Source: Phoronis australis
Taxonomy: Eukaryota > Animalia > Phoronida
Reading direction: 5' to 3'
Length of the DNA: 64,000 bases
Assembly (NCBI GenBank): GCA_002633005.1
Contig: NMRA01000012.1
Span: 1,258,564 to 1,322,563, forward strand
Part shown: positions 1 to 11,673 of the stretch, one piece after another
How the letters are laid out: each line of letters begins with the position of its first letter
Position numbering within the stretch: position 1 is the first letter of the stretch
Made by a program: the position numbers and the translations under genes
The notes under the pieces: generated by a model
The model's input: only the letters and a program-made list of their open reading frames with translations
Told to the model about the DNA's origin: nothing
Database searches by the model: none

Positions 1-34
1 GTCCTTGCCAGGGCGTCCAGAATGAAGGCCTGGT
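1..34 (-). CDS. Probable exon 2 (partial, runs off the window) of the minus-strand secreted/membrane protein gene
   Basis: Minus-strand acceptor tttgtatacAG|accagg at 35/34. Joined in phase 1 to the 1133-1058 exon it reads open as (D)QAFILDALART. Confidence 0.5.
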
Positions 35-1057
35 CTGTATACAAATATTTAGACATGTTCCAAACGGTTCTTTAACCGTGGAACACAATTTTGCCCAAAT
101 ATTGCAAATTAAAATCGTTCCTGTGGTAGTTGCAAGGCCTGAATGAAGCAAAATACAGTATCAGTTCCTAACCAAAATGGAAAGACATTTAATGAAAGAA
201 GTCGTTAGTAAATGGAAAAGTCAACATTTTCCACACACAAACTTTGCTCTCGACACCATCTTGTTGCTGAGTGATACTACCGTAAGTTGATGTCATGATT
301 TGAGAAAAGATGTCAACTGTTAACCTAATGACCTAGTTTGTGGTTAAATGCCATTGGTTGATTTAGAAATGAGATCAACCCTCGAAATCTTAATCTGCCA
401 GAACCAGAAGTGGAAGTCACCATTTTGCAGGTGATCTTTTTAACGACAAATTTCTTTAATTTTGGGCTGCTAATTCTTGTGCTGAAAGTGACCAGAGGCA
501 GAACAGGATGATCATTTTATAATCCAGGTGTCTTTTTAAACTATTAATTATGAAAGTCGCACATTCCACATTTCTTTGACAACAGATTCTTGCAAAAACT
601 GCAAGAAAAGCCAGCCAGAACTTTCGAATAGAAGTGGTATGTGACTGTATCTTACCAGTGCCCTTCTTGAACAATTTAAATTTATTTGCCTAGTAACAAA
701 ACTTCAAAATGAAAGCCAAGGAAAACATATTATACAAGATTTTGCTGAGTATCTACAGAAAATTATAAGGCAGTGCAAGGTAAGATGGAAAGGTGTCGAA
801 AATGGGTAAGCTCGGTCGGAAAATTGGCAAGACTGCTAAGAAACGGACTTTTGCAAAATCGCCAAAAACAGTCGAAAACTACGGTTACCGAGCAAAACGA
901 ACGTGAACAACTCTTGGAGAAGAGAACACAAGACCATGTAACTAGATGCACCAAGTCATTGCCGCCCATGTGTGTGGAGGGTCAACGTTAATTTCTGTGC
1001 CACGTATGCAAGCCGGTACACAAAAACAAGGTAGATGTCGATTAGAAATTAACTCAC

Positions 1058-1133
1058 CATTTCCAGCAGACATAAAAGTCGTCGGCAATACAAGAAGCAT
1101 CAGTAACAGCAATTTTCCTATAAGCGAATTCAT
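1058..1133 (-). CDS. First coding exon encoding a signal peptide (MNSLIGKLLLLMLLVLPTTFMSAGN), phase-1 donor
   Basis: ATG at 1133, a Lys followed by a hydrophobic core, and small residues at the end. After 25 codons + 1 nt comes a consensus donor atG|GTGAGT (GT at 1057-1056). The surrounding sequence is locally CpG-richer. Confidence 0.7.
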
Positions 1134-1400
1134 TGTCGTTTCCTAGTAAATAAAAGGTCGAAAACACGGATGGACCGGGATTTTACTCCCAGCCTGGATC
1201 ACCGAATATCTACACCAAGCAATGGACGTTTCAAAAGGAAACACTTGTTGACTCAAAACGAGGCAGTAAAGACAATTTACATTGACCTCTTTCATTCGTC
1301 TATTTTTGGGTCAATATCCTAACTGGTCACATTTCAGCCAATTAAGATCGCGTTCTCATGAGGAGAGTCACGATAGCAATTACTGTACGAAAAGGTGTTT
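1134..1400. promoter_or_regulatory. Candidate bidirectional (head-to-head) promoter
   Basis: About 300 bp of CpG-enriched sequence between two outward-facing GTGAGT donors (1057 minus, 1435 plus). CCAAT box at 1338-1342. Confidence 0.5.
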
Positions 1401-1434
1401 CCCGGTATTTTAGTTACTCAGTCAGCTGTTTACG
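1385..1434 (+). other. Non-coding first exon of the large plus-strand gene (5' end approximate)
   Basis: Strong donor ACG|GTGAGT at 1434/1435, downstream of the CCAAT box. No ATG in the exon. Confidence 0.5.
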
Positions 1435-3547
1435 GTGAGTTGGAACATTTTGCATTGTGTTACTGCACAATAAGACCTGTTTCCTGTTCTGGCGATATAT
1501 ATGGTATTTGATATTATTTCATTTAGACCTACTTCATGTAGACACTAAAGACTGTGACTCAAACTTTAGACAGGAATTAACAAGTGGTGGCCTAACCGTT
1601 GACAATTGTCACTTGTCATTTGACTTTTTGTGGCTAGAGTCGAGACGCTGCTAACTGACTGTGACCGAGTGCGCAGTTACCAGTTGGCCTGTACTGTGTT
1701 GGGATTGGGATTTGTGGAGTGAGTACTCTGTAGGCAATAACCACATTGATCAGTATAAATGGAAAGGGAAAGAGGACAATTGGGACAATTCCCTTCCCTG
1801 AAAAATGGTGATGCAATGTTAGTACTAGACCAAGTTAAACACCAGACCGAATTAACTTGGTCTGCTTACATGGTTGCAGCTAAGCAGTTGCAAAATGCCA
1901 AAGCCATGATGTGGGGCATGTCCCAACCTATCTCTACCTGGCCTTGGGTGATGAAATGGAAAGCGGAAAATATACCAGGTACTAGTATCACAGTAGTTGT
2001 ACCATACTTATGCCTGAATAAAGGTTGTTCCTTAACTGGCTTAAGCCATTCACTAGGTGTGTAACACTGTAAGTGTACGTCTTCGTATATAGCCACTAGC
2101 CAGCCAGGCAGCCGGCTAGACAGTACCACCATTTGGTGCAAGCAATGTAAAAATGGCCAGTTGCTAATTTTGACAAATGAACGAATGATTGTTCGAAAAA
2201 AGTTTGATTGTGGGAGTATTTGTTCGAGTTCGGAAGAGTTAAAGACATCACCGGGTTTCATCAGTGTGAGGAATAATTTCTTGCAAGCTCTTATTTAAAG
2301 CCGATGCATATTATCACTCTACAAATTTAGCAGTAAAACAATGGTACAATGGTAATTTTGTATTCAGTGGATGTAACTGGTTCTAGTTTATAATGTAAAA
2401 TGAAATGAGATTAGCTGTGATTGATGTGAACTGTTCATGAAAACTGATGGACACTTCTTTTAAGTTATTGATGTCCTGATTGATATCTTTGGAGGTAGAA
2501 ATGATTTTATTTTAAGATATGGAAATATGTGAGATATGCTTAGCGAGTTGGGTAACCTGGTTTACAATTTACATTTTGGTAGTGAGGAAGAAAGAGTGAG
2601 TCCCTTTAAAGAGTGAATTGCTGTGTAAGTTCCTGTGTTACTTAGTTAAGGTGTTCTGAAAGAATATACCATGAAAGCCACAAGTTTGTGTTAGTGGAAC
2701 TTTTAGGCATGAGGAAACAGGCTTACTTGTCAATGAAAGAAATATGTATACATGACTGTTAGTAGGTTGGGTGATGGGCTAGTTCCCTGCATGATTGCTT
2801 TATAGCATTACTGACAAGTACAAAATGAAAAAACAAAAAATGCCAGCATGCCATTTTTGAGGCTAATGCAATCGTCTACCTTTTCATCATTTTAGTTGGG
2901 CCACCCTCGTAATATCCCTGTGATATCTAGTGTGTTGTCATGTGCTCTTCTCTCATTCTGTAGTGTTGTCTATGAGGATGTTTAGTGATGACCTGTCTGC
3001 TAGTAGCACTATTGTGACACCACTTCAGGTGGAAAAGGAATAGATATGCAGTCACATCAAATTGTTAATAACTTCGGAGGTCTTGGATATTTTTCTATTC
3101 AGGTACCCTCAGGGATATTTTGGTATTCAAAACTTTTACTTAATTGTCCATTTAGATCAATGCGTGTCCTTTCACTCACTGGGTGTTCCCTGAGGAGTTG
3201 AGAATGAATAAAATTAACAGGGTCCGTGCCCCCTAACCCCTCCCTCCATCCTAATAATTTTCAAAGCACCTATCAATTTAAAGCACCATATAACTGGCCT
3301 ATTGCGCTGTGAACACATATACCCTATAATGATTACTCATGGGACGTCATTACAAAAAAATACCTGTGATGTACAATATTTTCACTAAAGCGATTTGAAC
3401 AAGAACAAACTGTCTGTGACTAGGATTGCGTTTTATTTTGCTCTCAAAGTTTCGACTACGGAAAGGTTTTTTGCAATGTTTACTGGTGCTCGATCTATGC
3501 TGATCTGTTCTTATGCACTTACTGATATTCTGTTGACGTAAAAACAA

Positions 3548-3723
3548 TGGGGAGGGACCCGTTACATGGTGTAACACATTTAGTGAGTTTAAGGTGGACT
3601 GTTGGCCCTAGGCGACACTGACAACGGGCAGCACAGACATGAGTGGGTTGTGCGAAAACTGTAGGGCCTAGGGGAACACTGTTATCTTCTACCCCAGGCG
3701 ACAATAACCCTAGCTATGCCACT
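3548..3723. mobile_element. Relic of hAT-like non-autonomous element ends
   Basis: Ends in ccctagctatgccact, the reverse complement of a CAGTGGCGTAGCTAG-type terminus. Also contains ctaggggaacactg, a CAGTGTTCCCC-type terminus. Confidence 0.35.
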
Positions 3724-4344
3724 TAACACATTTAATCTGATCAGGAACAGTACTGGATGTTGGCAGGTCAGACAAGACATGGAACAAAAGCCTGCCTAGG
3801 CCTATGCCAAACACTGACCCACATGTTTGTACTATGGGTGGGTTTTGTGTATTTCCCTATGATAGACTTCATTAGGACACAATGTGTGTATGACTACAGC
3901 AAAATCATAGGGAAGTAACTTAATAAAATACAGAAGTATATAAACCTAAGGTAGTAGTAGTAGTAATACTAACTGTTTATACTATTGTAAATATTAGTTT
4001 TGTCGTTTTAGAAATCTAAATGTGTGCACTATATACCCCACAAATGTGGCGATTATCTTTTATACTGAACAAAATAGCACTGTGAACCTGGGCTTAAAGT
4101 TCATAGGGTGCCTTCTATTGTTATCTGACGTCTCGTTTTATAGTCCAATAATAAGTTCAAGGTATGAAAATTTGACAGATATGAAGTGTCTAGTTATCAC
4201 TAAACATTATTTATAACTGCATTCATTCAGTGGTATTTATTTACTCTGGAAATGATTTTCTTCGAGGTGTTCTACTCCGGGTCCGTCAAACAAACAAACT
4301 TTTCATTTGCCTACTGTTATGAAACTGATCTGTTGAGCCTGTTC

Positions 4345-5105
4345 TTAAGGTTATCTATTACCTTATCAAGTCTGTATTCAGCCAAATATTTACAAAACTA
4401 TGGAACTTAACTCGGTAAAAGTATATATTTTGTGAAAGTAGAAAATCTGTAGAATTTGAGTTTAGCATTTATACTAATCTGCCATTGATTGGGTCACGTG
4501 ACCATTTTCTTTTAGTAAAACAGCAAAAAAGATAGGCACATTCATAGCAAAATAGTAGCGCCAATAACATAACCGAATTTCTTTGAAATAAATTTTCAAG
4601 ATTAACTCTCAAAAACACTGCAACAATTTTCTAAATTATCATTTCGTTTCAATTATGCAACTTTGGAGTTTTTTCATTAAAATCATAAGAACTTCATTTT
4701 TGATATCCCTTTAGCAAAAGTGTATCGGAGAATGGTGCAGAATGGTGAAAGTTTAATTTGAATGCGATCAGTCATAGCATAAAACGAAAACTACGTAAAT
4801 GTTTCAGAAAATTGTGTCTTCATTTTTTAGATCTTGTCTTGAAAATTTAAGTGAAATAAGGTTTCGCCATGTTGATGATACCGTTGTTTTGCTTTCAGTT
4901 TGCCTTTCTTTTTTGCTAAACATCACTATAGATATGAGCGTGTGACCCAGTTAATGGCAGATTGATCAAAAGTCAAAAATCAAATTCTGCAAGCTTTCTA
5001 CTTGCAGAAAGTGATACTTTTACCGAGTTAAAATATGTAGTTTTATTGATATTTGACAAAATACACAGGGTTGTCAGTAAGTAAGGTCATACTGACTCCT
5101 ACATA
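4345..5105. mobile_element. Non-autonomous DNA transposon with long imperfect terminal inverted repeats (TTAA-flanked, Kolobok-like)
   Basis: The block aactcggtaaaagta...aaagtagaaa...gaatttga...atctgccattgattgggtcac (4409-4498) is mirrored by gtgacccagttaatggcagat...tcaaattc...tttctactt...tacttttaccgagtt (4942-5029). It begins at ttaaggtt. Confidence 0.65.
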
Positions 5106-5663
5106 AAATTAACAACTGACAAATAATGAAACCTCCGGATTTTGTTCTACAATAATCTCACTAGTAACTTATTAGGGTCATGAGGTGTATTCAGTTTTGA
5201 GCAAAACAATTTTTTTCAAAATTAAAGTTGACAAACATCTTTTGTCTGACATTGCTTTTAAACCAGTTGAGCGTATCACAATGACATTTGAACCATGATA
5301 TACTACCAACAGAATTTATTCTAAAACTCTGAATCTGAGCATGTGTGAATTCAGTCTAGTTCATAACTAATCTTTGGGCATGAAATGCAGCATGTTGTGG
5401 TAATGATTTGGAATTTCTGTTCAAGTGTTTCTCTAATTTTGATTCAATTACAGTCAGAGGCAGTGTTCAATGCATGCATGGTGAATAGGACACGGTAACT
5501 CCATTTTTAGGAGAAAATTACTGTTTCTATCCATTCCTCTAGTTTTCAAAGGTTTTATTTGTTGGTGTGTCAGATCAGAGTTTTGATGTAGCTGAATGTT
5601 ATGAACTGTCAAATTTCTTGTTCATCTTCACTTCTGAAAAGTAAAAAATTACCTCCAACTATG

Positions 5664-5759
5664 TTGACAACTGATCGTCGCTGGTGTCTTCATCATAACC
5701 TGACTACGGTACACATGACACACACTGATGAAGACACCAGCAGTGATCAGTTGTCGAAA
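5664..5759 (+). ncRNA. Minimal hammerhead-ribozyme-like core within an inverted repeat (Penelope-type relic)
   Basis: CTGATGA (5725-5731), then AGAC...GTC stem II, then GAAA (5756-5759). A degenerate inverted copy lies at 5664-5695. Stem III and the cleavage triplet are not convincingly intact. Confidence 0.55.
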
Positions 5760-8059
5760 AACTTTTGAAGGCAATTCTGAATTTTTTGGAAGCTTATAGG
5801 AAATCAGTTATCATTCAAAACACCTGTACTGAATTTCTTGAGATTTATTTTTGTTCAGATAGTTGGAAATATAATATTAAAAGTTATCCAATATTTTGTC
5901 CTTTACCACAAAGGGCAGTTTTGTGCATGGCAGTCACAAGTTACACATTTGATGATCCAGTTTAGCGACCTAAAGCTCGCGAATGCGATGTCAGATTTGG
6001 TGACTTGGAAAAAATCCAACTTACCATGAAGTCGCCAGATTTTTGTTGTATCCAAGTCAGAAGAAGTTGGACAAACAAGAATTGACTTGGAAATTTGTGG
6101 TGCCTTCCAAACTTTAAAATTAATAACATTTTCCCAACAGATCTCTGTTGTTATGCTTGTGAAATCATTTGTACACATGCGAGCACGCGATCAAAGTACA
6201 ACAGGAAGTTAACTGTCGAAGTTGCTTTCCAAAAACTGGCTGGTTTTGACTTGACCATGAGGCATGTGTCTACAATGTTTTCTCATCACTTTAGTTAGGT
6301 AGGAGCTTAATGAGAACGAAAAATATGCCGAAACATCCAAAAATGATCCAACAGTGGACTTTCCTTAATCGAATTGGACATGAAGGTGCTGCAACACACC
6401 ATTTTTCTTTTGTAGTCAAATGGGAAAATAGGTAAGCATACTGTTGTATCGTGATGCTGATAACAAATTTTTCTGTTTTTAGCCACCTCATTTTGCCAGA
6501 TTGCATTTGCGGAGTTGAGCGTCGAACCATGCATTTCTTTACAGTTTAGTGCATGAAGCCTGGTATTTGAATAAGTTAACCTGCATGCTTTGCTACTAGT
6601 GTTTTCCCTCTCACTTTGGTACCTGTTGACATTGAGATGAAAGCAAAGGAAATTACTTTCTAGTATGTGGGCATTCATGTGTCTTTTTAGTTTGTGTAAA
6701 AGAGTGTACGGTGTAGTAGGTGTTGAGTTGGATGCCCTAGGCATGAACATTCTGGTTTATGTGTTTCCTACTTTCGATTTAAACACGGAAATTGTAAAAT
6801 GGGCTCTTACAAACTGACCTTGCAAATTTTTCAGCCATAAAGGGAAATTGCAAGATAACCTATTGTAGCAAAAATGGACATTGTGAAATTGGACCGTAGA
6901 CCCATAATTTTATAGAATGGCTTCCTCTGGTTTCAGTATTATCATTCGTTATGAGTTGTTCTTATTTACTAGTATATGGTCTGAAGACTGCCTTGATGCC
7001 TTACTGGTTTCTTAAAGTCAGCTCAGGGGTGAATTATTTTTGGTGCTAGAATGGTCTTGCCTTGCTTGGTCTTGTTGGTATGGTAATTTGCAATTGCTGT
7101 TGTACTATCACTGAAAAGGCACTGACAGAAGGTTCATAGACTGTTTACTACAAAAGTGTTACATAATTTCAAGGCATTTATGTCATGAAATGAATCTAAA
7201 CAAACTACCTGTATGTTATCCTCATTTCGTAATTATTAGTTAAAAGTTTTGACCAGCTATTATACAATAATTCTTCGCCTGTTTATCTCGCAATGCTTGT
7301 GGTGCAAAAATAAATGTGTAGTCTGTCATTAGCTTGGGTTAAACTGTTTTAGGCATCTTAAAACAACATTTGGGAGGGTTTCCATTATTTGCTGCAAGGC
7401 CTTTGAAATTAAGAAAAATGACAACTTTGACTATCATTTTTGTATTCAGAGTAAGTGAAGGATTACAGAATATACTTAAACATGTTTATGAAATATGAAT
7501 TAATAAAAACTAATAGAATTATAACCTCATTCCATGGTTGTAGTACCATACAGGCCAGTACTTGTGACAACACACTTATTAACTACCAGTATGTAGTATT
7601 TGGTGACTCATTGCAATTCTGGGAATCCTGACAATACAGTTATGGTAGTTTAGAGTGTGTGTTTGTGTGTCTAGCTAGTCTTGTGGTACCTTTCTCATTT
7701 TAATCTTGACCACATGCATGTTTGCACATTCATGAGTAAACTTGTGGTTACTACTAATTTTTTCTTCTATGTTACTGGTTATGTAAGTTATGAGGCTCAA
7801 ATTCCTGGAATTGAACTCAACCTCAGGCTCTAAGTCTGTATTCATTGTTGGTTGTTGCCTCCAGACACTCTGTGAGAATTGGCAACTGTGTGTGAAGTGT
7901 AGTCTGTTCATTTTAATACGTATTATAAAAGTGCGATTTAGGTGCATATTGTCAAGTAAGATTGCAGATTTTTGGTGGTGCAATTTCTGAAATTCCAAGG
8001 AAAATAGTTGTATGATTCATTGAATTCTAAGTCGAACCAATAAATTTTGAGTTTCAATC

Positions 8060-8145
8060 TTTTATTTATTTATTTATTATTGTGATATTTAAAATGAGGG
8101 TGGCCTCTTCAGTGATAGCACTGCTTTCCAAGAGGGCCCTCAAAC
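8060..8145 (-). mobile_element. Extreme 3' tail of a 5'-truncated LINE (CR1/L2-like)
   Basis: The minus strand reads gagggccctcttgg...ctgaagaggccaccctc (a stem-loop) followed by an (AAAT)n microsatellite tail. Confidence 0.5.
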
Positions 8146-8779
8146 ACTATTCTTGTCTTAAAGTGCTCACCAATTCCTTTTCTCTGCTTGGTCAAATTAG
8201 TTAAAAACACAACATATAGCGACTATTTGAAAATGAAGGAGGTTGAAAATTGCCAAATGTTTTGTATCAAAAATGATCCGCTATAAATCACTCAACTGTG
8301 TCTAGTAAGTATTGTAATGTGGTGTTTGGGAACAACACTGCACGATGCTGGTTATGTGAGCCCCCAAGGCACGTCATTAGTGTAAAAGTACCCTTATTTG
8401 CAGCATTTTTTGTTTTCACATTCACAAGTTGTCAATGAATACAACTTTGTATAGCACAGATGGTGTTCAAATAGCTTCGCTGTTTAGTTCCTGCTGCAGA
8501 TTAGCGTAGTTAGGAGCATGCAAATACATATTTAAGTTTATTTCATGGGAATTCCACAGTAATTGTATAGAGTATCAGTGGCTGTATTTATCTGCACTTA
8601 AACTGTAGTATCAAAAATTACTGATAAATTTTAGGAAACCTGCACCATCATTTGTCACTTAGTCACTTAAGGGGAAAGTGCGTAAGGTTGTAATTAATTT
8701 GTATTCCGTGGCCTGAGTGGACAGCTACAGAATTTACAATGACTACTGTGTGGTAGGTGGAGTCTGTTATTGAGTCTCT

Positions 8780-9045
8780 GAGCGTATTCCTGACTGGGTT
8801 CCTGGGCACTATTGTATCTGGAGCCCTGAATACAGTGGGCTGAGGTACTGGGCACAGTCCTTACTGGCTCAAACCATGGACACAGTTCTTACTGACCCAA
8901 ACCCTGGGCATAGTCCTGACCCCTGGGTGCTGTCCTGACTGGAGCCATTGGCACAGTTCTGACTAGAGCTCTGGGCACTGTCATGATGGGAGCCCTTGTC
9001 ACAGTTCTGGACTAGAGCCCTGGGCACTCTCCTACTATTTAGAGC
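8780..9045. repeat. Degenerate GC-rich minisatellite, unit about 24 bp (ctgactggagccctgggcacagtc-like)
   Basis: Roughly ten recurring ctgact...gagccctgggcac(a/t)gt motifs. Confidence 0.8.
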
Positions 9046-9533
9046 ATTAGTTTTTTTCCACAGTGGATTCGTTGTTTGTCTGCGTTATTCTTTCAATAGG
9101 TTGATTGACATTTTTCTCTTGGGTTTACAGAACGTACCTGGCTTGATTCAAACTACTCCCTGGTGTGGCAAGTGGAGTGTGGCCATTAGTGTAGTGTCCT
9201 AATTACTTGATTTGACCACTTCATGTAGAGCAAGTGGTAACTGGATGCCTTATGAGTGGCAGTTTCATAAACTTTGTCTTGGCAGCTAGTTGTCTCAGTG
9301 CTTCTTGTCCTAAGATGATCCAATGCCAGGGAATGTCTAGACAAACATTAATCTGTCTTAAAGGAGAATGCCACCCGATTTAATTAGTCTTCTTTACTGT
9401 CTTAATCGGTCTATATTCACATCAACTCGTATACAGTCGATCTCACCTCGCCGAGAGGTGTCGCGTTAACCTGTGAGGAAGGTGAGAAACAACTCAGCGA
9501 TGTCAGTGGTTCTTCTGCAGAGTGAGTGCCGCT

Positions 9534-9840
9534 ATGGAGTGGTGTATCGTTCCCGCTTGTGTGAACTATGAAGCTACGAGGAAAGCAGGTATATCGTTTT
9601 TTTCGATTTCCTCGAGAGCACACAATGCTTCAGAAGAGGTTCGCGGTAGTGAAGAATGAAATGACGCCGTAATACCAATTAAGTATGAGGCCGTGAAACT
9701 TCTCCGTGTCTGTGGCCGGCATTTCGTCTACAGTGATTTCACTGACGATCGAATGCCGGCTTACCAAACAGCTCATGCCAGGGCAGAAAAAGAGACTGAG
9801 GATGAAGTCAGATATTGTGCCTAGTGTGTTTGCGTTTGGT
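9534..9840 (+). pseudogene. Frameshifted THAP zinc-finger domain (transposase N-terminus)
   Basis: Across frameshifts it reads MEWCIVPACVNY..GISFF/RFPR..KLLRVCGRHFVYSDF..KKRLRMKSDIVPSVF. This gives the C2CH ligands, the FP motif and the AVPTIF-like box. Confidence 0.8.
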
Positions 9841-9959
9841 AGGCAGAAGACAAAACAACGCAGATCGGTTGTTGCTCAGTTTTTGATTATGGAGAATTGT
9901 AGCTGGCCATGGAAACATAAACAATTACAATTAATTCAAGACATGAGAACATAACGTTT

Positions 9960-10375
9960 TATATAACCTGTTTGATGACTGGTCCTCTGGGTATAGGACG
10001 TTTTCGCCAGTTCTTTTTCCCAGTCCCAAAAACGTCGTAAGCAGACTTCTATTTAGAAAAAAAATCAGGATGGTCCGGGAGATACATCTACGCTTCTCCA
10101 AGAAGGCGTTTCACTTGTGGAATTTCGTGGCAGCAAACGCAAACGTCAGTTGTTTCCATTATCGTGCAGTCAGTGCACTGACACCCTGACAAATGATTCA
10201 AACGGTTTTTGAAACTATCCATGTGTTCCGTTGTCTGTGCTTGTTCACGGCGCCTCTCTTGAATTTCTTGATCAGTGAATTCCGGTTCGAACTGATAACT
10301 TGTGAAACCTAACGATCGACCTGTGAAGTTTTCGTCGGATGAGCACTCGTCTAAGTCGGGATTGCGAATTGCCAC
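9960..10375 (-). pseudogene. KolX / P2X7 C-terminal ballast-like Cys-rich protein relic
   Basis: ORF 10375-10088 contains SYQFEPE...RL...CQCTDCTIMETTDVCVCCHE. After a disruption it continues as CI../DHPDFF. This matches the YxFEP...CxCxxC..M.T....CC.E...CI..HP.F pattern I recall for this family. Confidence 0.7.
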
Positions 10376-11332
10376 GGTTAACGTTTATTAATGTTCGCTC
10401 TGTTTCAAAATGAATAATTCTCACCCTAACCAATGCTTATATAAAACTGAAACCAAGATGCAATAAACTAATTGACTGGGCACCTTCATACCGTAAATAA
10501 TACGCTTACAAGGAAGTCACGCATTTCTAAAGATATGCGGGAATTTTCACCACTCTTCATTCTGAGAGGCTTGTACCAGGATCAAAGAGAGCGCGGCGCC
10601 AGAATTAGGTACAGTTGTGATGACCGCATTGCCCGATGCGAGCAAGACCCAATTAAATGTAATTATCCGACCATAAACTGTGTTAAACATCTTTGACTAT
10701 ATAATGGCGAATTATCAAAATGCATTAACCACTAATTTTCGTTATAAACGAACTCCACAACGGTATTCAGCTGGAAAAAAACAACCAAGTACGGTTTTCG
10801 ATTTTTAAAAATCGATGAACTAACAGCCAATTGGGTATGATTGAAGATAAACTACCGCGCGTATTGATATACTCCATAGATATACAAACACTGATCAGAG
10901 TTAACAATATCACATGGATTCATTTTTAATATTCTTTCAATATCGTTTAACCAGATTTTTGACCAGGAAACAGTGGTACTTAACTTGTGCACACTTTTCA
11001 TTTTTTATTACTGACAAAGAGCTAGAATAGTTATATAGTCAGTGCCACCGAAATAGTCCAGAGATTCCAAATCTTCAGTTTGGATATCACCGTATTTGCA
11101 CTTTTGTGTATATTTTATGATTTGAGTTCTAATAAAGATTAAGCTAATGACAAGTGAAATGTTTAGTGTACCTGTAATGTGGTAAGTTTAGGGATGGGCT
11201 CACAATGAACTTAACTAATTAAGTTTAACTGGCGATCAAAATCTACCACTGTTTTGGTACTTCATGTTTAAAACTTAGATTAAAAAGTTATCAGCCTGTT
11301 CCCGGTAAGAAAAAAATGAGAGCGCTCAGAGG

Positions 11333-11624
11333 AGCGACACTTGGCGAAATTAACCGAAAAGACGATGATGGGGAGGACGATGACGATCATGACGATGAAG
11401 GCAGCAATTATGAATAACACTATAACATTCATGGGACTAGTGAAGAAATCACTAAGAAATAGGCTACAGTCTCGAACGACACTTGCTGAAGTTAACTGAA
11501 AAGACGACGATGGAGATGACGACGACGATGGAGATGACAACGACGATGATGATAGTGGGGATTATGAACAACACGATAACATTTATATGACTAGCGAAGA
11601 TGTCAGAAATCAGTAAGAAATAGG
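11333..11624. repeat. Diverged tandem duplication (about 140 bp x2) containing (GAC/GAT)n triplet runs
   Basis: cgacacttg...ttaac(c/t)gaaaagacga...attatgaa...ataacatt...gactag...aagaaatagg occurs twice (11335-11463 and 11478-11624). Confidence 0.75.
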
Positions 11625-11673
11625 CAACTGCCTTGTTCAATAGTCGCTAAACCATCAGTGCAGCAAGACCAGT

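Larger units (their letters stand above)
9362..10400. mobile_element. Decayed, internally deleted Kolobok-like DNA transposon
   Basis: Starts at TTAA|AGGAGAATG (9358-9370). It carries a THAP relic on + and a convergent Cys-rich KolX-like relic on -. No DDE core and no right TIR were found. Confidence 0.6.

Noticed and set aside
657-690. Possible minus-strand mini-exon (TAG|gcaaat...cactg|GTAAGA)
   Set aside because: It is 34 nt long and gives an immediate stop (GGC AAA TAA) in the phase required by the signal-peptide exon.
2245-2267. CTGATGA on the minus strand as a second hammerhead
   Set aside because: No stem II followed by GAAA downstream.
3089-3108. Other AG|GT fusions as recursive sites (3102 cag|gtaccc, 14437 cag|gtattt, 26695 cag|gtgctt, 53211 cag|gtgcag, 62649 cag|gttgaa)
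   Set aside because: Their donor halves are weak and/or their pyrimidine tracts and branch points are poor compared with 62410. They cannot be distinguished from background.
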